NCBI RefSeq assembly: GCF_009914755.1
Contig: NC_060926.1
Direction: 5' to 3' (one strand)
DNA from: the human T2T-CHM13v2.0 reference genome, Homo sapiens
Length of the DNA stretch: 64,000 nt
A model generated the notes under the pieces. The model was not told where the DNA came from. It worked only from the letters and a program-made list of their open reading frames with translations, and did not search any database. The position numbers and the translations under genes are program-made. This document shows, in pieces, positions 1 to 16,282 of this stretch; position 1 is the first letter of the stretch; each line of letters opens with the position of its first letter.

Positions 1-59
1 AGTTGGAGCCATAAGTTTAACAAGAAAGGATTGCTCAAGAAAGTGATTGTAACAATTCA

Positions 60-1200
60 TTAAAACTGGGAATGTGTATGTAGAATTGATTTTAGGGAGT
101 TTTCTGAAGGAAGAAGAAGTATACATTTTGTTTCAGATTGAATGGGAAGTTATGTGTGTGTATATACCAGAGTCCATGTTTAATTCATTCAGGTGGGAGA
201 GATTCTATCATTATACAGAATAAGTTAATGAAAATCCAGATGAAATAGAGGCCTATTAAAACATGTTTAGTAGAATGATGAATTACACAATAACAAAACT
301 GATGAATCTACTATATCGATACTCCTGCCTCACTCTCCAAAATATCTGCAAATTTATTTCAGGAACTAAGATTTTTGACATAAACTGGTAATGTAGGCAT
401 TGCAATCCCTTGAAAAGGGGTTTTAAAAAGTTGTTGAAGCTTGGAATGCTGGTAAGCTTATACTGAATTTTCTATTACCGGTTGACCAAGGTAGAAAAAA
501 AAAATGAACCTACTTCAGAGATGTCATTGAACATTGTGTTGAAACCAGCCTCAAGTTGATCCAAGGGGCATTAGAATCTCAAAAATAACTTCTCATCCTT
601 TCTGCCGGGTATAAGAGATATTCTATGATGTGGATTTACTGTGATACAAGGGTAGTATCTAATACTTTGTCTAAATGGTCAAGGAATTAAAGCAACAACA
701 ACAACAAAGAGAATGGGACATAAGACAATTTGAGTATTTGAGGAAGACATATGTAGTTAAACATCTTGATATGACAGAGATTATGATACTATGCATAGCC
801 CAGATGAAATGCTTATTAAAAGCCTGACTCTGTAGACAAGGATTTAAAGATGTCATGGATTTCTCCCAGCCTCTTTTTTCAGCATTTCCAGTCTTACTGA
901 ATTAGTTTGTGGGCAAAGTAGCTGTGGGAGCAGGAGTGGAGTTTATACCTTGGCTCTCTAAAGCTGACTAGGCTACTGCCTTTTGTTATGTGTTTACATT
1001 TCTGGTGGTGGTGATTACCACTGGGTCTCTGATATCATATCCCGGGATAACCAATTAATTCCAAGGGAGAAGATGATCACCTGATTTTTCTTTCCATCAA
1101 ATAAGTAAAAGATATTTGTCTTTACTGATTTAGCTTGTCTTTATCCTGACAACATTCTGAGACTTGCAGACAATATAACTTGCAGTCTCAGTGAAAATGT
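60..1200 (+). mobile_element. Highly decayed ERVL/MaLR-type internal (gag/pol-integrase) remnant
   Basis: Segments resemble recalled ERVL internal consensus, e.g. aatggtcaaggaattaaagc, ctcccagcctcttttttcagc...gggcaaagtagctgtgggagcagg...aagctgactaggctactgcc. No ORF; boundaries approximate. Confidence 0.55.
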
Positions 1201-1435
1201 AGTGTGATTATATATTTGTCAAGACACTTGGCACCTTGCCTGCTATATGGCAAGGCTCAACCATTGCTCAAATTTAGTTGTTTTTTTTTTTGCCTGATAT
1301 TTAATTAGGCATAACGACATAATTATTGAATGAGGAAAGAATAGGTGAAGGAGAGACTGAAATAATGAGCGTGATCTAGAGAAAAATAGGTATATGTGGC
1401 ATTTTAGAGTCTTTTCCTAGTTATCTATATTAAAT

Positions 1436-3690
<2,255 letters not shown>

Positions 3691-5520
3691 CATGGAATGG
3701 GGAAAAGCTGGAACAATTCCTCTTTAAAACTGGCACAAGACAAGGATGCCCTCTCTCGCCACTCCTATTCAACATAGTATTGGACATCTTGGCCAGATTA
3801 ATCAGGCAGGAGAAAGGAATAAAGGTATCCAAATAGTAAGAAAGGAATTTAAACAATCCTTGTTTGCAGAAGACACAATTCTATCTCTAGAAATCCCCAC
3901 AGTCTCAGCCCAAATACTCCTTCAGTTGATAAACAACTTCAGCAAAGTCTCAGGGTACAAAATCAATGTACAGAAATCACTAGCACTCCTATACACCAGC
4001 AACAGCCAAATCAATAGCCAAATCAAGAAGAGAACTAGAAAAATCATTTTAAAATTCACATGAAACCAAAAAACAGCCTGAATAGCCAAGACAATTCTCA
4101 GCAAAAAGAACAAAGCTGGAGGCAGCACATTACCTCATACTATAATACAGGGCTACAGTAAACCAAACAGCATGGTACTGATACAAAAACATGAACCACA
4201 GACCAATGGAACAGAATAGAGAGCTGAGAAATACGGCACACCTATAATCATCTGATCTTTGACAAAGCTGGCAAAAACAAGCAATGGGGGAAAGACTTCC
4301 TATTCAATAAATGGTGCTGGGATAACTGACTAACCACATGCAGAAGATTGAAACTGGAACCTTCCTTGTACCATATACAAAAATCAACTCAAGATACATT
4401 AAAGACTTAAATGTAAAACCCAAAAGTATAAAACACTGGAAGATAGCACAGGCAATACCATTCTGGACATAGGAACGAGCAAGAATTTCATGACAGAATG
4501 CCAAAAGCAATTGCAACAAAAGCAAAAATTGACAAATAGGCTCTAATTAAACTTAAGAGCTTCTCCACAACAAAATAAACTATTAACAGAGTACTCAGAC
4601 AACCTACAGAATGGGAAAAAATATTTGAAAACTATACATCAGACAAAGGTCTAATATCCAGCATCTATACAGAACTTAAACAAATTTACAAGAAAAAAAC
4701 AAATAACCCCAATAAAAAGTGGGTAAAGGGCAAGGACAGACACTTTTCAAAAGAAGGCATACATGCAGCCAACAACCACATAAAAATAACTCAAAACCAC
4801 TGATATTTAGAGAAATTCAAATCAAAACCACAATGAGATACCATCTCACACCACACAGAATGGCTACTAAGAAAAAGTCAAAAAATAACAGAAGTTGGTG
4901 AGGTTGCAGGCAAAAGAGAACACATACACTGTTGGGTGGGAGTGTAAATTAGTTTTACCATTGTGGAAAGCAGTGTCGTGATTTCTCAAAGAGCTACCAT
5001 TGGACCTAGCAATCCCATTATTTGAATAATGGAATAAAGGAATATAAATCAATCTATCATAAAGACACACGCACATGAATGTTCATTGCAGCATTACTTA
5101 TGATAGAAAAAACGTGGAATCAACTTAAATGCTCATCAATGATAGATGGGATAAAGAAAATGTGGTACATATACACCATGGAATACCATGCAGCCATAAA
5201 AAGAATGAGATCGTGTCTTTTGCAGGAACATGGGTGGAGCTGGAGGCAATTTTTTTTAGCAGACAAATATCATATGTTCTCATTTACAAGAGAGGGCTAA
5301 ATGATGAGAACACATGGACATAAAGAAGGGAACAACAGACACTCAGGTCTACATGAGGGTAAAGAGTGGGAGGGAGAGGAGCAGAAAAAATAGCTTTTCA
5401 GTACTAGCCTTAGTACCTGAGTGATGAAATAATCTGTACAACCAACCCCTGTGTTATGAGTTTACCTACATAACAAAACTGAACCTGTATCCCTGAACCT
5501 ATAATAAAAGTTTTAAAAAA
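3691..5520 (+). mobile_element. L1 (L1PA13-16-like) 3' part: RT, C-terminal domain, 3'UTR
   Basis: aaaactggcacaagacaaggatgccctctc, [18 protein letters not shown] motif, 3' end ccctgaacctataataaaag; frameshifted, with an internal deletion near 4030. Confidence 0.92.
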
Positions 5521-6149
5521 TTATGTTTAATGCAAAAATCTTTCTATCTTTCCTATCTTTTTTTCTGTTTGTTTTCTGAAAACTTTTGATTTCTATTTTT
5601 TGAGCATTAAACACATTAAATATGTGACTGCTCCATCCAGGCCAATTCTTTGTCACTGATATTAAACACTTAAAGATCATGACTTTGATGCAAAACAGAG
5701 TTGACTGCACATCTAGCATTTCTCTTCCCATGTACTGTGATATTCATTAGATGCTCTAAATGACCTCAGCCCATTTCCTCATCTGTAAACATGACTGCAA
5801 ACAGTCTTACCTCATCAGTCTTGTGGATAAATCACAGCACAAACTATGTCTGGGTAGCACGAGTAGTCCTGTTTAAATGCTCATTCTTATTTTCTCAGTT
5901 CTTGCCTGTCCCCTTTTTGTCCTAACTGGAACTGATACATTTTTATCATGATTGCCCTTGCTGGTCTTCAGCATCTGCTCCAGTTTTCTGTATGTGATCA
6001 TTGACGGATTTTTCTCAGTATCCTTCGCTTTTGTTTAAAATTTAGCTTACAAAGAAGCCATTCAATGTATGTATTGATTAAATTAATATAAGATCGTACA
6101 TAGTGGACATGATATCTTGTTGTAAAAACAATATTGTGATAGAAGTGAA

Positions 6150-6260
6150 ATAAAAACAGGAATCAGATGAATTTGGTTCCAGTCCTGTCTCTTTCACTAA
6201 TTAGTTATTGATCTTGAGTAAGTCACTTACAGTGTTTGAGGAATCCTGTCATTAGTGAAA
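6150..6260. mobile_element. MIR fragment
   Basis: gaatcagatgaatttggttccagtcctgtctct...gatcttgagtaagtcactta resembles MIR core. Confidence 0.5.
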
Positions 6261-6262
6261 AC

Positions 6263-6265
<3 letters not shown>

Positions 6266-6292
<27 letters not shown>
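6266..6292. repeat. (CA)n microsatellite
   Basis: Direct reading. Confidence 0.95.
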
Positions 6293-6296
<4 letters not shown>

Positions 6297-6596
6297 AATG
6301 CTTTTGGAAATATAAATAATATGGAAAATGTAATCTATTTCGTATTTTACATACCAAATTTCTCTTAATTTTCACATAGCTAGGATAGTCTATAATCATC
6401 ACCAGTGTGTCCAGGACAATATTTAAGTGCAATCTGTAGTTCAAACCAAAGTTTGTTCCAATAGCATGGCTTGAAAGCCATTGAAATAATATTCCATGCC
6501 AGATGCAGTGTAGTGATGTCTTTGTACTATAATCAAAAATAAAAATCAAGTTAAATTTCTGTTCAAGGACTTTTGGAATTCTAACTTATTCAAGTA

Positions 6597-6599
<3 letters not shown>

Positions 6600-6649
<50 letters not shown>
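6600..6649. repeat. Perfect (TA)~25 microsatellite
   Basis: Direct reading. Confidence 0.97.
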
Positions 6650-6650
<1 letters not shown>

Positions 6651-8432
6651 TGTATCTTCATTTAAACTACTTTTATATGAACTTAAAAATTAAGTGGTTA
6701 TGAATTAGGTTTATTTCATAATTTAATGATTTCAAATGTTAGATTAAATGCTCAGTGAGCTAATTATAATTTGGTTATTGGTTCGCAGGTTCATCTGAGT
6801 CCTTTTTACATAGAGCAACTCAATCTTTCATCCCACATTTTGTTTATTCCTGGTGTTCATTTGTGATAATATCTTCTGCCTCAAGGTGAACCACCTGCTC
6901 CGCTTAAGAACTGTCTTTAGATTTGTTTCAGTATTTAAAAAATATTAAAATGACATTTAAAAATCAATTCTCTTTAATTTAAACGTACAAAGAATTGCCT
7001 TAAATGGAAAAAACATAATCACTTATGGTCTGAAATGATCTGGAGAATGGAGATTGAAAGTTCCTCCTCTCTGGCCTCAAACACAAAACCATTGTGAATT
7101 CCAAAGGCAGGGTTTTTGGAGGTTGCGGAAGTGTTCTGTTTTTTGAGTTACCCAGAAATAAGCTAGCAAAAAGAATAGCGGAGGTCAGAATTCACTCTGA
7201 TATCAGTATGGGGTGGATGAGAGCAATTAGGAAACTTTTGCTGCATTGTTAAGATTTCCATAGGCTGTGGGACAAACAGATAAAGAGAAAAGAGCGACTA
7301 AAATAAGAGGAAATAATAAGTGGTTTTCTGGGTTAGATAATGACAGGCACTATTGTGTGGGGGCATAAGAAACAGTGTGATCACTTTCATTTGCAAATTG
7401 CAGTTAATGACTTTACTATTGGTGAAAGAGAAGTTCTAAGAACTCATTAAAAATAATTGATACATTAATGCTAATAAATGTACTTGCTGACCAGCACAAA
7501 TAGACTTGTAATTTGAGGGCATGTTCTGGGCTCACAGCAGCCTAGACGAAGCTATAATTTAAAGATCGTTGTTCCAAAAAAAAAGTGTCAAAGACTCTTG
7601 GGAGGCAAAGAAAAAAAAAAAAGCCGGTTAGGCCTCCTACTAAAACGAAGTCCAGATACTTCTTTTGAGTTCCCAGGTGAGTTAGCAGGAGACCCAGGGT
7701 ATGATTACAGGTTCAGCCTGCCTGAAATCCCCCTTGGTGTTAGCAGAACAATATGGATAGCATTGGTTTGGGAGCAGAGAGTATGAGCAACACAATTCAT
7801 GCTTATTGGGATATATTAAGAGTTTCTCAACCATTTAGGCATTTACACAGTGCAAGAAGAGGCACACTAGCAGGATGTGCACACAAAACACTGCTAAGAA
7901 ACTTATTATCTAAGAGTTGGAGGATAAACCAAAGTCCCAAATAAATTTAATAAGAAAGCTCTGAAAGAGGTACTATGGAAATCAGGATGGGCAACAGAAT
8001 AACATGATTTTAAGAAATATTTTAAAGATTCATAAGGATTCAAAAACCAGCAAGGGGAACGCAAATAACTATCAGCATAATAAAAAGCACACACATATGT
8101 GCTGTGTTTAAGGAAAAGATGAAAAACACCTTTATAAAAATAGTGTATGTTTGTAGTTGCAGAAAGAGCAGGAGGTAGGAAGCTAGGTACGTGGATGTTC
8201 AAACAGGCATGGGAGACCTTGAATGTCAGGCTGAGAAGTCCATATTTAATTTAGTAGATAGCAGTACATGTATTTACATATCATGTCTAAAGCAGAGTGA
8301 ATTTTGAGACTCTTAGATCATAGCACAAATAGTATTCTTTTATAAATGAATGAGGAAAAAATTTCCTAAAAATGAGTCAATAAAAATAGTCCCAGTTAAC
8401 AATTGTGCTTAGCAGAATTCTTTAAATCACAC

Positions 8433-9266
8433 TGAAACGGGAAAAGTTCACTTGTCCCCTTCGCAGAACACTCCTGCGACACAGCAGGAGTCGCTCGCTT
8501 CTTCAGTGCCCCGCTGCTCAAACCTCTAGGGGGAGCAAGCAGACGGGCAGGCTGTGGGGCTCCAACCCCATGGCAGCATCTAGGGATGAGCGTTTACAAC
8601 TCCTGAAGCCCAGTGAGTGTGTGTTATAATGCACTCTTTCAGCTTTGCTGACTGCAGGCAGCTCATGTTAATCAGCTCAGTTAGACCCTCTGCCTTATCG
8701 CAAGGACAGAAGGCTTTCTGTATCCCGGGGATTCTTGCCTTAGGGTTTGAAAAAATAGGATCACCTGTAGTCTTGGAGAAGGAGTGCAAGGTTTTGTTGA
8801 GTGGAAGTAGCTCTCAACAGATGGATAGGGAGGCCAGAAGGGGGATGGAGTAGGAAGGTGGTTTTCCCCTGGAGTCAGGCAGCCCAGCGGCCAAGCTCTC
8901 CTCCAACCGCCCCAGCCAAACACCGCGTCTTCCACTGGTCAATGGCCTGCAAGCGTCTGCCTGTGCCTGTCAGTGTGCTCTTCTGCCAGTGTGTTCCTCT
9001 CGAAGTCCAACTGCTTGTGTTAGGGTCTCAGGGTTTTTATAGACACAGGATGGGGGCACAGTGGGCCAGGATGGTCTTGGAAAATGCAACATTTGGGCAG
9101 GAAAACAGAAATGCCTGCCTTCACCTAGGTCTGCGGGTACAGGCCTGGGCACGAAAACAGTAATGCCTGTCCTCACCTAGGTTTGTGAGCACAGACCACC
9201 TAGGGGTAGAGCCCTCGCCAGGGACCACGTTCTTTTCCCAGCACTTCCCTGCCTCCTCCCATATCA
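8433..9266 (-). mobile_element. ERV1 solo LTR, LTR1/LTR27-like family
   Basis: TG...CA termini, 4-bp TSD acac/acat, minus strand starts tgatatgggaggaggcagggaagtgctggg; TATA-like tctataaaaaccc on the minus strand. Confidence 0.8.
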
Positions 9267-11423
9267 ACATCACAACTAAATATATACCGATGATCTTTGA
9301 CACCTAAATATGTTCTTAAAGGTGCTTTGGCCCTCAAATATTGTGCTGAGAATCTCTATGAAAGGCTATAGGTATGTGCTTCCCTGGCATATCTTGTTGA
9401 TTATTCTGTGCTGGTGACCCAGAAAGCACTACTTTACAACTCTGGTTGGCATACGAAAGAATTATCTCCATAGTCAGATAACAGCAATTACTGCTGAGTC
9501 ACTGGAGTAACCTAGCAAAGTGGTAATACATATTTGAAGAAGACAGTGTTGATTGAACATTAGACTAAGTGGGAAGACTCAAGAGTCATGGCAGATAGAG
9601 ACCTTAGACAGTTCAATATATGTAGGGATGGAGCAAAAGGAAATCAAAGAGAAGGATGAGTCAAAAATGCCTCAAAGTTATAAATCATATTCCGTCTATG
9701 AATTCTATATCAGATTCTTTAGTTTCTATTATTTATTTATTTTAAAATCAGATTTCTTGATTCATCAGTAATCCATCCATTTCATTCAGTTCCTACTTCT
9801 GAATTTCCTAGATATATTACAGGGCCTACTTAATTAGACTTCCTAGATATATGTAATATGTGTTGCATATATAATTTCATTCCAGTGACTCCAGTCTAAT
9901 TATTTAAAACTAACCATTGTGTTTTCATACTTACTGCCACTGTTACAATTCACACTCCATAGCCTAAACTATTTTGCATCAGATTATAAGGACTCAGTGT
10001 TGGACGGATAGAAACTGATGTTGGGTTACAAACTTCTGTGATAACAGACACAGCACGGTGTCCTTAAGATGTGAATAGTGACTAAGAAAAAGAGATCTCA
10101 TTGACAGATCACAACCACTTAAATGGAATCCAGTAAAGCTAAATTAGGCAGAGCATTCTGACTGATTCATTGTTGAGGTACAGAAATACCAAATAAGTTA
10201 TTATTTTCCTCTTTCTCATCTAAGGTTTGTAACTGGTCTTGGATTATGAGGCTAAATATAAATACATATGTGCATATATATATGTATGTATAAAATCATT
10301 GTGAAATAATGTATTAGGAAATATCAGGAGGTTGCAAATGCAGAGAGATAGTTACTACATTTATGCTTACATGCTGGATAACACACACAAGCAAAAAATT
10401 TAAGTAAGCCTGGTATTCAAAGAAGGGCTTTTGAATCAAATTGCCTCTGTTTCAGTTTTTGTTTTAATATCTAACTTTGAAAAGTTACTTGAACTCCCTA
10501 AGCCTCAATATCCTCATCAAAATAATAGAATATAAAAGTATCTACTTCATACATAGATACACATTAGAAAAGTAACTTTAAAAAATGGGTAATTGAAATA
10601 ATTATTCAGAATATTAAAGCAGATTCTGTAATACCCATCATCCTCTTAATCGTAGGGTACTTGGATCTAGGAAATGAAATAAATTATTCAAAAAGCTTTT
10701 TATATTTTACTTCATATTTAATATAACAGTATGCTAGAGAAATAAAGATATATGAAATAATAATTGCTTACTGGCAGAACTGGATTTGGGTATTTCTGAT
10801 AAATTATTTTACCAGCATGAGGGGGAAATGTTATAGAGAATAATGACACAATAAGTGTGTTTGAAGCAATTTCCTTAGTTTATATTTCCTATTATATAAA
10901 GATAGCATATAAAAATATGGTAATTTCATGAAAAAAGGAAGTTTGAAAAAAAAAGGAAGTTTTAATGGCTCTACTGTGTGAATTTGGAGAAGTCACTTAA
11001 TATATACTAATTAGTGAAAGGAAAATGTCTACCCTATGCTGTGGAGCTGTTAAAATCAAATGACATTATTTAGAAATGTACTTGGAAAAGTGGCAAGTGT
11101 CATGCAAATAGGATGAATTAATGATAAATAGTAGGTGATTGTCATTTAATGTTCTACAGGTGTGTACCTTATTGCATCAACCCAGTTTCCACGGGATTTG
11201 ACATTTGTTTTTGGAGCATCTACTATGTGCTCAAGTGTGATAGGTGTTAGGGAGATAATGGTGAGCACACAGTTTCTCTATCCTCTTATCATATAGTCCA
11301 AAAGCTCCATGCTTATTTGTGACCTCCATAGCTCCCAATGCATTTTTTTTTTAGGCCTGAGTGTTCTGCAGAAACTATTTCTTTAATAAGTGACTGAAGA
11401 AATGAGTTAAGAAATTTGCTTTA

Positions 11424-11756
<333 letters not shown>

Positions 11757-12419
11757 CTATTTGGTGTGTTTAATATCGACAATGGACTCAGGAAAACTTT
11801 AAAAAGTACATCCTGTGTGTGTGTGTGAGCTTAATGGGTTTATTGAACTTTCTTAGGTGCTAATACACAAAATGCTGTAGTATTTTTATTTTGACATTCC
11901 CTGAACAAGCTGCAGGAAACTTACTTTTAAGTGAACATTGGACATTTTTTAGTTAGTATGACTGTGAGGCAAAATAAAAGTGTTTGCTGTTGTTCCTAAT
12001 TAATATAATTTAAGAACAAGTTGACATTTTAAACATTTTAATGAGCATTTTTTTTAAGGTTGCAAAAATTTAAAGTACCCCTTTTAATGAGGGCATTTAA
12101 TTTCATAGTAGTTTCAGCTTTTTGGTTAGAAAATCTGATGTAATTTAACCCAGTGTGGTTTAAAGTCTTTTTAGAAAATTCAAATTATTTTCTTACAATA
12201 TGTCTAGGATTAAATTAAAATGTCTCATGGCTATAAAAAGTTTTGCAACATATGCTTAATTTTCTTTTTCACTGAAACTTACGTTCCATTTCCCCTTCCC
12301 CTCCACATCACCCCTACAAAAATGTTTTGCCCAACATTCACTCTGGTTACTTATTTTTACCTGAGAGAACCATGTACATTTCTGTTTTTAGGGTTTTTCT
12401 AATGGCTCTTCAAATTTAT

Positions 12420-12870
12420 TTATCTTTCTTCGTTTATTCACAAAATACTCATCAAGTGAACAAGTGATACTATATGACAGGCACTGTTCCAGGCTCTTGA
12501 GTTATGCCTGTGAACAAAGCAAGTGGAAGTGCTAAGAACTGGTCACATTGTAGATATTGTGATGACATGCAGAGTTTTAAAAGAAAGAGTAGAGTCATGG
12601 ATAACTTCAAGGTTTTCAGCCTAAGCAACTGGAAGGATGGATTTTCTGTCAACTAAGCTAAGGGACTGGGTAAAGAAGATTGGGGGAATATGTTGGCGGT
12701 GGTGGGAAGGGCAGAATTTAATTTTGGTGAAATATGTTTTATCTGTCCATTGTGCATAAAAGTGGAGAAAAATTTGGACCATGAGACTAAATAAAATCAG
12801 CAGCCTGAATTAGTGTTGAAAAGAAGAAAATGGAAAACTGAGGCCTAAGGCACTCCAACATTAAGAGGTG
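12420..12870 (-). mobile_element. L2 fragment
   Basis: ctatatgacaggcactgttccagg...ggataacttcaaggttttcagcctaagcaactggaaggatgg, typical of L2a. Confidence 0.6.
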
Positions 12871-15225
12871 GGTTAAAAGAGGTTTAAGGAAAGGAGAAAG
12901 AGAGGGAGATTTCAGTGGTATCGGGAAGATTAGAAAGGAGCATACATTTGTTTTGAGATTTTTTTGCAGGGAGTGGATGTATCCTTTGTGGAAGACAATA
13001 TTGTGTGCTTTATGGTCTACAAATTATTGACTAAACTAATTGAAGTCTCCTTTCCCAGTTTAGGTCTTTATATTCCTTTTTGAAATGTGTATCAGAGCAG
13101 AAATCACATAGAAGCCCTCTATTCATCTGTCATCTATCTACATGTCATCATTGTCTATCAATAGTCCTCATATATGAATTAGTCCAGATTGTGTAAGATC
13201 CCACTTTAATTAAATTCATATTACTTTTTATAGATTAATATTTTGAAGTGGGCATCATCTTTTTAACATTGGAGTTTTCTTGATTCTATGATTCTACTAA
13301 TTTCTTCATTTTATAATTATACCAGTTTACTATTGCAGAAATGACTGTTAAAATAATATTTAATGGCTTATCTTCATGTGACAAATTTATTCATATTTAT
13401 TTTTAAGGAAAAAGTAAATTTTAACATATTTGCATGAAAATAGAAGCAGCATAGTATGTTTCAGATGAAAGAGTTTAACTATGTTATTTATTTACTGCTT
13501 CATTTATATATTTATTTACTTTACCTTCATTCATCTCCATTGACCAAATGCCTATATGAAGCAGAATGAATGTAGCACAACCACTGAGACATCAACAGAA
13601 TAATGAATGTAAAGATTATACAACTATTTTTAAAAATATTTATTGAATTTTAAAAAGTATAATTTAAATGGAAAATAAAGCACTAAATTTTGTTCTATAC
13701 GTGTGAAATGACACAACATATCAGATTTCCATTTTGGTGACAGATAATTTATTTTGAATTACATAAAACAATTGAAGCCTCTTTGAGAGAAGTGAATGTG
13801 AAATAGACATAATTGCCTAATTTCTTACCCAAAATGACTGTATCTTTGTATGTCCACCGTGTCTTCATGATTGAAAATACCGTGCGATGAAGATATGAGT
13901 CGTCTGGCATAAGCTAGTTTCTCACTCCCTCATCCTCCTCACTGACATTATTTAGATTCCTATTGTCATTCTTTTTAATTCGCACCTCATTCTAAACACG
14001 TCACCTGATAATTCCATCTCTTTCGCACATTGCTTATATGCCCATCTCCACTCAACTGTCCATTCTGTATGCTACTGTAGCTCATTCAAATGTGCCTTCT
14101 TTGCTCTTTCTACTTACATTGAAAATACAGACAGAATGCTCGGAAATTCAGCGATCAGAAAGACTGTTGTGAACTGTGATTTTGCCGTTTACTAACCATG
14201 TGACTTTGTAAGAGTTATAAAGTATCTCTGAAATTTGATCTATAGGTGTTATTGGGTGGTTCTAAGAGTTAAGTAGTTCCTAGAAACATAGTAAATGCTA
14301 AATAAATGCAAATATCATATTTCTAATAATGTTGCTTAAGAAAATATTATTTGATCCCGAAATTTTTATCTAAATATTTTCCTACCTTTTTAAAATAATT
14401 TTCAAATGTCCTTGCATGGTGCCATTCTTGGCAACTATCTCTCTAAATCTGATGATAAAGTGGTATGAATACTCTTTTTCTCCTTCCTTACCCAGACAGT
14501 ATAATATTGGGCTTGTTCTTTGTGTCTCCTGATCATCACTTCTTCAATGATTCATTTTTCTTCTCTGTTCCCGTAATATGGCTACTAACCATAACTTTAC
14601 CACCAATTTCTCTGCTCTTTCCATTCCAGTTTCTCTTCCTCAAGTTATTCATTTTCTTTTACAATAACCATAATATCCTAAGGAAATGAATAGCCACATT
14701 TCAAGCATAGAAAAACATAAATAACAGCCAAAGCAAATAAAATATGAGCAGGCCTACTTTCCTTTAGAATTATGGAGATTCAGGTTGGTAAAACTAGGGT
14801 AAATCTTTAAATAAGTTTGTTTTCTCTGAATGAGTGAATGGAAAATCACTTGTTTCTACTTTAAGCAGCTTACATGACTTAACTCAAGGACCTACCACCT
14901 GGATTAGATAAATATAAAATAGCTTTAACTCTTGTTATTCAGAAAAGTAGTATCTAGGTTCCCCATTCCTACTTTTGAGAACCCCTTTTTTCTAATTTAT
15001 CTGAGGTATTGGATGTTTGCTACATACCACGCTAGGTTTCCAGGACTTGATTGGATTTCAACTGCTAATTCCACCTCCAATTGAAGCCCCTACGCTTTTG
15101 AAAATTTCATTTGTGTGTGTGTGTGTGCATGTGTGTATGCCATTTATATATTTCAAAGCAAAAGGAGAGTATACATATACACACATGCATGTCCATATTT
15201 GTATACCGACAGGATATATATTGCA

Positions 15226-16282
15226 CAGTTGACCCTCAAACAACATGGGTTTGAACTGTGTGGGTCACTTACATTTGTATTTTAAAAATAAATACGTTGG
15301 AAAAATTTTTGGAGATTTGCAGCAATTTAAAAAATCTCACAGATAACTATATAGCCTAGAAGTATTGAAAAATTCAAATACGTCATAAGTGTATAAAATA
15401 TATACATATACAAGTCTATTCTATCATTTACTACGGTAAAATATACACAAATCTATTATAAAAAGTTAAAATTTATTAACACTTTTGCACACAAACACTT
15501 TCAGATTGCACATGGCACCATTCACAGCTGAGAGAAATGTAAACAAACACAAAGATGCAGTATTAAATCATAACTGAATAAAATTAACTGTAGTATATAC
15601 TGAACTACCTAATAATTTTATAGCCACCTCCTGTTGCTATCGTGGTGAGCTCAAATTTTAAAGGTGCCCACTTAAAATGCTGTATGATGCTAATAATCTT
15701 TGAGTAAGCAATTCATCTCTCCAGTAAATTGCATATAGCAGTAAAAAGTGATCTCTAGCAGTTCTTACATATTTTTCATCCTGTTTACTGCAATACTGAA
15801 AACCTCAGATAACACCATGGGATTCATTTGAAGTGCCACTAGTGCTTTTGAAAGTGCATCCAAGAAGCAGAGAAAAGTCATGACATTACAAGAAAAAGTT
15901 GAGTTGCTTGATGTGTACAGTAGATTGGGGTCTGCAGCTGTGGGTGCTCACTATTTCAGGCAGAAAATACATCTTGTAAGCAGATGACATAAACTTATGG
16001 TAACGATGAATACAGTACAGTACTATAGATGTTTTTCTCTTCCTTATTAATTTCTTAATAATGCTTTCTTTTCTCTAGCTTACTTTATCATAAGAATATG
16101 GTATGTAATACATATAACATAGAAAATATGTGTTAATTGACTGTTTATGTTATCAGTAAGTCTTCTATCTGGTCAACAGTAAGCTTTAGTAGTTACGTTT
16201 TAGGGCAGTAAAAAGTTATATGTGGGTTTTTGACTGTGTGTGGTCAACAGCTCTAACTCCCACATTGTTCAAGGGTCAACAG
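15226..16282 (+). mobile_element. Tigger2-family DNA transposon (Tigger2b-like, non-autonomous)
   Basis: TIRs cagttgaccctcaaacaac / ttgttcaagggtcaacag followed by TA; contains transposase start KKQRKVMTLQEKVELLD. Confidence 0.88.
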
